This document shows, piece after piece, positions 56,510 through 64,000 of a stretch of DNA of 64,000 nt. Each line of letters starts with the position of its first letter. Within the stretch, counting starts at the first letter, position 1. Both the position numbers and the translations under genes were made by a program. The notes beneath the pieces are model-generated. The model was given only the letters and a program-made list of their open reading frames with translations. It ran no database searches and was not told the DNA's origin. This stretch comes from Patescibacteria group bacterium (lineage in GTDB: Bacteria; Patescibacteriota; Microgenomatia; UBA10105; UBA927), in NCBI GenBank assembly GCA_003545435.1, contig DPYI01000025.1, forward strand, positions 19,701-83,700, in the 5' to 3' direction.

Positions 56510-57982
56510 TTATTGCACCAGTTGTCGCCACTCTTCCGTCCATGCATAAATAGATGACGGATTGATGCGTATCCACTGTTCTTCGACAAGACGGGCACTG
56601 GATGAAGCTGAAAGGTCTGCTATCGTTCCTGAAGCCGTCGAAATAATCGGCGCAAGAAGACCATCCTGTGTCCTTCTTCGTGTAAAACCAATTGCTCTCC
56701 CCTCATCGGATAACAGATTTTTTTCATCCATATAAAGAACAATAGGTACTGACCTTGGTGCTTCTTCATATTTCCAATCATAAAAAGCAAATGTTTCACC
56801 CGGATACATCTGAGTGAGCATACTACGAACCTCTTTTGACGCTCTTGCTGTCAAATTGATGTGTTCAGAAAACACTTCATTTCCCGTTTTCATCATGGTA
56901 AACACAAAAACAACGAAAATCAGTGCTATGCCGAGATGTCGTTTGATGCAGTATACCCGATACAGCACCCAGGCCGTAATCAAAATGATGAACGGATGAG
57001 TGAATGTGATAAAACTGGAGTAAATCGGAACCCTGGTATATCTGACGAGCACAGTCATGAATCCAAACGAAAGAAATATAAAAAGCCAAGATGTATTCAT
57101 CTTCTTTCGGATTATTTGCAGCACAAAAAAACCAACAGCCAATACCGCAATCAGAATGGCAATCTGTGGAAGTCCGCCGATAATATGCGCCCATTCTTTC
57201 GGCCAAAATTCCGATAAGTATGTAAGCCACCGTCTTCCCAGAACATCAAGTGATATGTTAAATTGATCAAATCTGTAATAATATATCATGTTTTTAATAT
57301 TCACAAATTCATTCGATGTATCCCAAAGAACTATAGGAAGCATCGGAAGAAGCGCTCCAAAAAGAGCAATCAATAAAAATCGTATTTTCGTTTTTCCTCC
57401 TAATATAAATGCCATAAGAACCGGTATTCCCAACGACATACCCTGAAGATGGATCGACGCTCCGAAACCGGCAAAAAAACCCATTCCGAATGCCGAAAGC
57501 AAAGTCTTTTTTTTCATATACCAGATGGCGCAAACAATGGTAAGGAAAGAAAAAATAGGAATTGGGGTTTGATTGGTCAGATTTACTGACTGGGCAATCT
57601 GAGCAGTCGAGAGAGCAGTCAGACCGGCAAGCAGCAAACCGAAAAAACCATTTTCCATTCTTTTCCCCAACATTCCCATTCCGATAATGAGAAGTCCATA
57701 CAATGCCGTTAAAAAAATCCAGGGGGATACAACTGAATATCTACATATGACGGTCGGAACCATGAGCAGCCAGTACCACGTTCCGGAAGTCTGAAATGGT
57801 CCTGCTGAGGAAAACGGACCAACTAACGGAATTTTGCCTTCCTTCAGGGCTTCACGGGCAACAATAGCATCATGAGCCTGATCGTATGCAAGGCCAAAAC
57901 GTTCAGAATAATTCCAAAACCTCAATATGCATCCCAATAGAGTAATGCTAAAAAGAACAATAAGAAATGTATTTTTTTTCAT
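56510..57982 (-). CDS. Polytopic membrane protein, family-B-related
   Basis: 490 aa; AYDQAHDAIVAREALKEGKIPLVGPFSSAGPFQTSGTWYWLLMVP parallels the GFDQGKHW...GDEVGG...GWYYLLAIPF motif of family B. Confidence 0.5.
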   Translation of the reverse strand: MKKNTFLIVLFSITLLGCILRFWNYSERFGLAYDQAHDAIVAREALKEGKIPLVGPFSSAGPFQTSGTWYWLLMVPTVICRYSVVSPWIFLTALYGLLIIGMGMLGKRMENGFFGLLLAGLTALSTAQIAQSVNLTNQTPIPIFSFLTIVCAIWYMKKKTLLSAFGMGFFAGFGASIHLQGMSLGIPVLMAFILGGKTKIRFLLIALFGALLPMLPIVLWDTSNEFVNIKNMIYYYRFDQFNISLDVLGRRWLTYLSEFWPKEWAHIIGGLPQIAILIAVLAVGFFVLQIIRKKMNTSWLFIFLSFGFMTVLVRYTRVPIYSSFITFTHPFIILITAWVLYRVYCIKRHLGIALIFVVFVFTMMKTGNEVFSEHINLTARASKEVRSMLTQMYPGETFAFYDWKYEEAPRSVPIVLYMDEKNLLSDEGRAIGFTRRRTQDGLLAPIISTASGTIADLSASSSARLVEEQWIRINPSSIYAWTEEWRQLVQ

Positions 57983-58061
57983 AACTACTGCATAAGATGA
58001 ATATCTCTTAATTCCTATTCTTTTATAATTGATAATAGTATACTACGCTTATATACCTTTC

Positions 58062-59771
58062 ATGAAGCATACGATTGCACTTTTATTTATAATTTTCTTT
58101 GCTTCAATAATCCGGCTTCTGCTCTTGGACAGAATTCCAACTGCGGTAAGCGGGGATGAGCTGACATATATTGTCACTTCCCGTTCAGTGTATCTAACCG
58201 GTTCTGACATAACAGGAACCTGGCCATTATGGAAAAGCTCTCTATTTCAATATCCCCCTAAAGAACATCAGGCGGAATTACCATACCTTATCATTCTTCC
58301 TTTCGTAGGTTGGTTTGGAAATTCCTTTTTCTGGATCAGATTTCCGTTTGCTGTAATGGGAGTATTAATCGTACTTCTTATGTATCTCATAACGAAACGT
58401 CTTTTTGATAAACAAACAGGGATTGTTGCTGCAGTCTTTGCAGCTGTTAATCCATGGTTGGTATATATGAGCCGGACTGCTTATGAGATGATTCCCGCAA
58501 CGCTGTTTATTCTCTCTTCGATATATTATATTCTGGACAAACAAAAAAAACATATCTATCTGGCTATTCCGTTTCTTATCCTTGCTTTTTATTCCTACAT
58601 CGGCACAAAACTCATCATTCTTCCCCTCATACTTCTTGTTGTTTTCTATGCACGCAACACTTCCCGTAGGAAAAACACACTGCTGCCCCACATCGTCATT
58701 ACTCTTACTGGAATTTTTCTCGTATGCTTCTTTGTCCTTATGCAGAAAGGACAGGGTGGCTCCAGAATGGGAGATTTGTTTCTTCCCAGTGACTCCACCA
58801 TTCAACAAACAGTCGATCAAATGCGTAAAATAACCATTGACAATCCTGTCCGAAATGTACTGATTAATAAAGCCACCGTTTATATATGGACGCTTGCAGG
58901 AAAAGCATTCGCTGCTTTTTCTCCTACGTATCTCTTTTTTGAAGGAGATCTTTTTTTCTCTCTCTGGCATGGTTTTCTCTATGTTATTGATGCACTGTTT
59001 ATTTGCATCGGATTCATCTTTCTTGCATATAAAGATAAAAGGCTTGGACTGTTTTTTGCTCTGCTTCTGTTCCTTTCCATTTTCCCTCAGCTTTTCCATA
59101 AAAATCAGGCCAACTTCTCCAGCCATACAGCACTTCTTATACCTTTTTTGATCATCCTATCCGCCTACGGTGTACGCCAAATCATCGGTATATTCAGTTC
59201 AAAAAACATTCGAAGGCTTGCTGGATTGGTTTTTGCGTTTCTTTATCTTGGGTGTGTCGTGTATTTCCTTCATACGTATTTTTTCCGTTATCCCCTGCAG
59301 GAACGCAATGAATTCCACGTACGGACGCTCTCACGGTATCTTAAACTTACCGAAAATAGGGATACTCGAGTATTTATAAAAACTCCGCATCCTTACAACG
59401 TATTTAAAAAATATGTATTTTATACAAACAATATCCAAAAATCTTCAATACCGATTCTTCGGAAAGCGTATACCAATAAGAATTATACTCTGGGAAACAT
59501 CGTATTTCTTCCCTGTTATACAGATATCCCCAGTGATGGCATATCCTCTTCACTCATCATTGATTCTGATTGTTCAGAGACTATCAATGGACAGGGAAAT
59601 ATACATATTGCACGGCTTGTCGATGGAGGATCTTCCTACACCATATACTTTGATAGAATATGTGGAGATTTTTCTTTAAAAAGATATCCGTATGGCATAA
59701 CGTGGGACGATCTTTCTGTTGAGAAGATGCCTCTCAAGAAATTCTGCGAAACCTACATATCCGAATATTAG
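58062..59771 (+). CDS. ArnT/PMT-like GT-C glycosyltransferase (DE motif)
   Basis: Start trimmed to MKHTIALLFIIFFASIIRLL (ATG 58062); TM1 followed by IPTAVSGDELTYIVTSRSVY (DE motif); about 12 TM segments; C-terminal soluble domain. Confidence 0.6.
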   Translation: MKHTIALLFIIFFASIIRLLLLDRIPTAVSGDELTYIVTSRSVYLTGSDITGTWPLWKSSLFQYPPKEHQAELPYLIILPFVGWFGNSFFWIRFPFAVMGVLIVLLMYLITKRLFDKQTGIVAAVFAAVNPWLVYMSRTAYEMIPATLFILSSIYYILDKQKKHIYLAIPFLILAFYSYIGTKLIILPLILLVVFYARNTSRRKNTLLPHIVITLTGIFLVCFFVLMQKGQGGSRMGDLFLPSDSTIQQTVDQMRKITIDNPVRNVLINKATVYIWTLAGKAFAAFSPTYLFFEGDLFFSLWHGFLYVIDALFICIGFIFLAYKDKRLGLFFALLLFLSIFPQLFHKNQANFSSHTALLIPFLIILSAYGVRQIIGIFSSKNIRRLAGLVFAFLYLGCVVYFLHTYFFRYPLQERNEFHVRTLSRYLKLTENRDTRVFIKTPHPYNVFKKYVFYTNNIQKSSIPILRKAYTNKNYTLGNIVFLPCYTDIPSDGISSSLIIDSDCSETINGQGNIHIARLVDGGSSYTIYFDRICGDFSLKRYPYGITWDDLSVEKMPLKKFCETYISEY

Positions 59772-60646
59772 CAATAGTTCTTCAGTCGTTTTAGAAAGAT
59801 CGGGAAGAAAAAAGGTAATGCGCGGCAAAATCCTTTCACCATAATTGCATCTCCCCGTATTATACTTGTACACAATCGTATTGGAATCCATATCGTACCC
59901 AAAAAGAGTTGATATGCTGATGCGTGTTTCCAGATAAAGAAAAACTGATTGCGGAAAGCGGTTTCTTTTATCATATTCCTGGAATAACGCTGAAAAATTT
60001 TTCCGTCTTCATGAAAATGCTTTACCACACTCTTCGGTTCAAATAATACCCGGTATCCCTTTTTTTTGGCTCGATATGAAAGGTCAATATCTTCCCAATA
60101 AAAGGGGTTATATATCGTATCCATACCTCCTAATTCATTCCATATGGTACGTCTGAAGGCACTACTTCCGCCGGACACCCACGCAGTGTCCGTTTTATCT
60201 ACTTCTCCCCGTTTATGTATATAAAACCCTTTTTCCCATCGACCGATTCCCCTGCCCCGCAAAACTATTTTCCCTTTCTCTATGCTTTTATCCATACACC
60301 CTACGGCAAATACAGTCGGATCGGAAAAATGAGAAATAAGCGGCTCAAGAAATCCTTTTTCCGGTTCAACATCAGTGTTCAGAAGCACAACGATATCGGT
60401 TTTGGCTTCCCGTACACCCACATTGACCGTAGAAGCAAACCCCTCATGCCTGTCTTTTCTAATAGTCCTGATATCGGGAAAATTCTCCTGTATATATGAA
60501 ACAGACTCATCAGTAGAACAATCATCGACAATGATAAGTGTTGCACTCCCGCTGTGCTTTGCCACCTCGCTGAGATGTTTCTCCAACAACAGTTTTCCAT
60601 TCCAATTCGGTATGATGATACTGACGGACATTTTTGGTGTCTTCAT
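59768..60646 (-). CDS. GT2-family glycosyltransferase (soluble)
   Basis: 292 aa; MSVSIIIPNWNGKLLLEKHLSEVAKH...IIVDDCSTDESV; 4-nt convergent overlap with 58062..59771. Confidence 0.75.
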   Translation of the reverse strand: MKTPKMSVSIIIPNWNGKLLLEKHLSEVAKHSGSATLIIVDDCSTDESVSYIQENFPDIRTIRKDRHEGFASTVNVGVREAKTDIVVLLNTDVEPEKGFLEPLISHFSDPTVFAVGCMDKSIEKGKIVLRGRGIGRWEKGFYIHKRGEVDKTDTAWVSGGSSAFRRTIWNELGGMDTIYNPFYWEDIDLSYRAKKKGYRVLFEPKSVVKHFHEDGKIFQRYSRNMIKETAFRNQFFFIWKHASAYQLFLGTIWIPIRLCTSIIRGDAIMVKGFCRALPFFFPIFLKRLKNYC

Positions 60647-62337
60647 GGGGTTTTTATATTTCCTTGGGCAATATATATTGCCGGTGTTCCGTCTAAATAG
60701 TTAATGCGATACAAAGGATCAATAGTAGGGGAAAATTCCTTCGGCAAACCTACAAATAATGTTCTCTTTTTGCTAAAATCATCCAAACTGAATTTGTGGA
60801 ACTCAAATATGTCATACGTATTCCCCTCTTCTCCCCATCCTCCGGATTTCGTCCCTCCCTGTTTGCTATACAAAGCCGGATCGTATTTTGAATAATACAG
60901 CATAAATATATAAGGCCATTCCAATGCCGAAGAAACAACAATGCGATCATAAGAACTTTTATTTTTCATAAGATATTCCGTCATTTCCTTCCTCCCGTAT
61001 ACCCAATCTTTGGATCTTTCATAAGGGATATGCAATATATATTGATGTACATAGTAGTATGAAGATAAACAAATCACGAAACCGAAAATTCCCATAAAAA
61101 TATGTACAGGAATCCTTTTTTCCCGTAAAAAATCATATACACAAAAAACGCCATGCGCTGTGATGATCATTAAAGGAATTGTCATGCCCAAAACCCGTAT
61201 GGCATGAGGTATGTCCCAAGTAATCGACGCAGGAATTGGAGCAATAAGAATCCATAAAATAATATATATCGCCTCACGTTTATCGGATTTTTGTACAAGA
61301 TAATAAAGTCCTAACGGGATAAAAGGAAGCATCCACAAAAAGCAAAGTCCGACAAACGGAGTATGATGCTGTTTTTCATCGTAATCAAAAAAAAGAAAAG
61401 CGGGAGAAAAATGGGTAAAATATCCTTTCAAAACAATATCGGCAGATGTAAATACTGTGTTGTCATGGAATAATCTTCTCGGGAGATTAATACCAAGTTT
61501 CGCATCATAAAACATCTCTTTCTCTTTTTGTTTATATATATCAAGTGCCTGCTGAGTGCTAAATACGCTTGTTCCTTTTACCCGAATATGAACATTATAA
61601 AAAAGCGTGTCACCAATGAGAATAGTGCCGAAAAATCCTGCCGCTACAATAAATCTGACCAAATCATTTTTATTTACTTTCCTCAGATCTTTCCAATAAA
61701 GAAGTGTTAGCACAAGGCCGAGCATGGGTGCAAGAACACGGAAACTTAGGTAAGAGTAGGTTGCCAAACCAAACGAAAGAACCGAAAGCAGAAGAAGTCC
61801 GGGTCTATGCTTCATTCCATAAAGAAACAGAGTTGCCCCCAATGTGATAAAAAAGAGTCCAACGTTAGCCTCAGCAGCCATCCTGGAAAATTGAATGTGC
61901 CACGGAAGAATTGCCAGAAGAAAAGAGGAAAGAAGAGGTATTCGTTCATTGTTAATTGTTGATTGCTTATTGATTGTTGCATTTTGTCCAAGCGCACAAA
62001 GTCCCTTCACAAGAAAAAACAAAGATAACACAGTTAGTACCCCGAAAAATGCTGAAGGGAATCTGACGCTAAAGTCGTTATATCCAAATACTGCAATAGA
62101 TCCGACCGTTAGATATGCATAAACGGGAAGTTTGTAATCATCCAATGATCGGAAATATACCGGCAGAAATTTCCCAAATTCGTCTTTCCCGGTTTTGAGA
62201 ACGGAATACGCATTGTATCCGAATGCTGCTTCATCCCAATTTAAAGACGGCGGGACTGACGGAAACTTATAAAACCGGAAAAATACCGCTATCAAGAGAA
62301 TGCATCCTAACGCAATTTTCACAAAACGCTTCTCCAT
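60643..62337 (-). CDS. ArnT/PMT-like GT-C glycosyltransferase (GT39-like), paralog family C
   Basis: Start trimmed to MEKRFVKIALGCILL (ATG 62337); PPSLNWDEAAFGYNAYSVLKTGKDEFG is homologous to 44584.. and 46277.. Confidence 0.65.
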   Translation of the reverse strand: MEKRFVKIALGCILLIAVFFRFYKFPSVPPSLNWDEAAFGYNAYSVLKTGKDEFGKFLPVYFRSLDDYKLPVYAYLTVGSIAVFGYNDFSVRFPSAFFGVLTVLSLFFLVKGLCALGQNATINKQSTINNERIPLLSSFLLAILPWHIQFSRMAAEANVGLFFITLGATLFLYGMKHRPGLLLLSVLSFGLATYSYLSFRVLAPMLGLVLTLLYWKDLRKVNKNDLVRFIVAAGFFGTILIGDTLFYNVHIRVKGTSVFSTQQALDIYKQKEKEMFYDAKLGINLPRRLFHDNTVFTSADIVLKGYFTHFSPAFLFFDYDEKQHHTPFVGLCFLWMLPFIPLGLYYLVQKSDKREAIYIILWILIAPIPASITWDIPHAIRVLGMTIPLMIITAHGVFCVYDFLREKRIPVHIFMGIFGFVICLSSYYYVHQYILHIPYERSKDWVYGRKEMTEYLMKNKSSYDRIVVSSALEWPYIFMLYYSKYDPALYSKQGGTKSGGWGEEGNTYDIFEFHKFSLDDFSKKRTLFVGLPKEFSPTIDPLYRINYLDGTPAIYIAQGNIKTP

Positions 62338-62341
62338 ATTG

Positions 62342-64000
62342 TTATTCATAACGTAATTGTACTGTGTGAATACCCGCCGGGACAACTATTCCTATAAAAA
62401 TATAGTTGGTTCTGAATGTCTTTACCTTCTTTCCATCTACAAACGCTTTCCAATTTTTGTGGTATATATTTCCGATAAAAAGTAATCTCTGGGCATTCGT
62501 CTGAACCGAAACGTCAATGGCGTTGTCCCTATATGTTGTTATATCTGCTCTCTCTTCAGATGAAATCGGGTCTTTATCGGTGTAAACTTCTTCCTCAATG
62601 ACTCCCTGTGTCCCCATCTGAAACGAGGGAGCGTACAGAGCCTCAATAATCTTTTTTTCTTCCCGTATCACGTCAACATGGTCAAGCAGGTATACCCGAG
62701 GGAGCACGCCCATAAACTCATACACTCTCGTTTGGCCTTCCTGCATGATTTTTTGAAAACGACTATCAAGAATATCTGAAAGGGAAAGAACAAAACGTAC
62801 TCCAAGAAGCTTAAATAAAGGAGAGGTAATATTTTTAGGTGTCACAATGCGGTTAAAACCGAACGGTCCGGTTATATTCGGTTCTCCCCGTTCCATAGCT
62901 GCTATAAACTTTTCATATCTGACACTATACAAAGGATCGTACCCGGATATTGATTCGATGCCGTAATACAAGCTCACATTCGGCGGCATGATTCTGTCGT
63001 CCACGGAGGTTATCCGATACGGTTTTGGTTGTTTTTCAAAAAAAGAAATAATTTCTGTTTTTGGAAAAAATAGACGTGAATCAGTAAACGGAGTAAATTT
63101 CCATGCAAAACGCGACAGATCAAAAAAAGATATACCTATAATGAGTACTGCTCCGGTCAAGGGGATAACCATATTTCGTCTCTTGTTCATTAATTCAAAA
63201 ACAGTACGAATGATAACCACAAGGAAAATTAAAATGCATATAAAAGTCGGAAAAAGGATGTTCCGGCTAGTTACGTCTAATTGTTCCTTTGGAATTCCAT
63301 ACGTATTATTTTTTACTACATACCATATGCATCCAAATAATATTGCTGCCACGGCCACTGTTATTACCGTATATTTTTTCCTGCTGTTATGTATCCAATC
63401 TTCTAATCCGATTGCTGCCAACACGCACAGTCCGACATCAACAATGGCAAGCAGTCTTGTCGGTTGAAGCGATGAAAGGATCGGAATCCGAAAAACATAC
63501 GGTGTGCCAGAAACAGGTGTGGGAAGAGCAAATAGAAGTCCGATAAGTACTACAGAAAACCAAAATGCTATATGACGTTTTTTCTTTGAAAAGATTGAAT
63601 ACAGTACAAAAAATAATCCAGCTATTCCGATATATCCGCAAAACTCCCCGTAATTCCATATCCCCCAATAGTTTAGAGTAGCAGGGTTACCAAAAAAATC
63701 AGGGGTCACAAACTGTATAAGATTTTGAAAAGGAAGAAAAAATCCTTCATTTTTAACTAATGCTCCGTCCTGTAATCTGCTCATACCCGGGAGTTCTGAA
63801 AGAACGGGTATCCAATGGACAGATGTCAATAACATAAACAAACCGAGACTTCCCGCAATTTCCAAAAATACACCTGTACGAAAAATAGCGGATGGTTTTT
63901 GATCTAAAAAACGGAAAATCGCGTAGGCAATCAATAAAATAAAGGAATATAAAAATACCTGACTGTGTCCGGCAAAATATTGTGCTGCTAAAACCAAACC
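62342..64000 (-). CDS. YfhO-family membrane glycosyltransferase, C-terminal about 550 aa (gene start lies beyond the window end)
   Basis: The ORF runs to position 63997 with no N-terminal LWNPY region in the window; C-terminal NIYHKNWKAFVDGKKVKTFRTNYIFIGIVVPAGIHTVQLRYE matches the YfhO C-terminal signature. Confidence 0.6.
   Translation of the reverse strand, partial: GLVLAAQYFAGHSQVFLYSFILLIAYAIFRFLDQKPSAIFRTGVFLEIAGSLGLFMLLTSVHWIPVLSELPGMSRLQDGALVKNEGFFLPFQNLIQFVTPDFFGNPATLNYWGIWNYGEFCGYIGIAGLFFVLYSIFSKKKRHIAFWFSVVLIGLLFALPTPVSGTPYVFRIPILSSLQPTRLLAIVDVGLCVLAAIGLEDWIHNSRKKYTVITVAVAAILFGCIWYVVKNNTYGIPKEQLDVTSRNILFPTFICILIFLVVIIRTVFELMNKRRNMVIPLTGAVLIIGISFFDLSRFAWKFTPFTDSRLFFPKTEIISFFEKQPKPYRITSVDDRIMPPNVSLYYGIESISGYDPLYSVRYEKFIAAMERGEPNITGPFGFNRIVTPKNITSPLFKLLGVRFVLSLSDILDSRFQKIMQEGQTRVYEFMGVLPRVYLLDHVDVIREEKKIIEALYAPSFQMGTQGVIEEEVYTDKDPISSEERADITTYRDNAIDVSVQTNAQRLLFIGNIYHKNWKAFVDGKKVKTFRTNYIFIGIVVPAGIHTVQLRYE

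Noticed and set aside
58365-59126. 253-aa Lys-rich minus-strand ORF
   Set aside because: It is antisense to the ArnT/PMT-like plus-strand gene 58062..59771; lysine and glutamate richness is the expected antisense translation of a Phe/Leu-rich membrane gene.
1-64000. Mobile elements, prophage, integrase, tRNA, rRNA
   Set aside because: No transposase or integrase-like ORF, no tRNA-like cloverleaf candidates in the few intergenic gaps, and no rRNA-like conserved stretches were seen. The paralog arrays look like in-situ duplications rather than IS-mediated insertions.

Overview
This is a low-GC, very gene-dense window with almost no non-coding DNA. I see no rRNA, tRNA, CRISPR array, transposase or integrase. 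About 50 of 53 genes lie on the minus strand with short overlaps (ATGA/ATGn coupling), so the window reads as one giant surface-glycan/glycosylation super-locus from about 64000 down to 1. Three plus-strand genes interrupt it (11091..12872, 48059..50482, 58062..59771).

Content:
- (a) A nucleotide-sugar module at 1..14620: RfbF-like glucose-1-P cytidylyltransferase, a CDP-glucose 4,6-dehydratase-like SDR, an E1/RfbH-type PMP-dependent 3-dehydrase with an exact C-X57-C-X1-C-X7-C [2Fe-2S] motif, a second ColD-like 3-dehydratase with His-His replacing the PLP lysine, two further SDR reductase/epimerases, an acetolactate-synthase/YerE-like TPP enzyme and a split transketolase.
- (b) 11 soluble glycosyltransferases (8 GT2 including GtrB/Dpm1-like polyprenyl-phosphate sugar synthases, 3 GT4), a Wzx-like flippase and an FkbM methyltransferase.
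- (c) About 24 large polytopic membrane proteins in at least five paralog families: YfhO-like x4, ArnT/PMT-like with a DE motif x5-6, a GFDQGKHW family x4, an HDGxxHxxR family x3, plus another pair. Many are tandem duplicates; one adjacent pair retains about 85% nucleotide identity over about 140 bp.

Non-genic signals:
- A family of three ~85-100 nt composite palindromic intergenic elements with shared termini GTCATTGCGA...TCGCAATGACA.
- A perfect 36-bp palindrome between two tandem paralogs.
- Perfect heptanucleotide tandem repeats (CCAATGA x4, AATTTGA x4) inside two surface-protein genes, which look like slipped-strand phase-variation tracts.

Host identity is inferred only from composition and gene content: likely an uncultured low-GC bacterium, possibly CPR-like. 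No database search could be run, so all functional calls rest on motif recognition from the translated ORFs.
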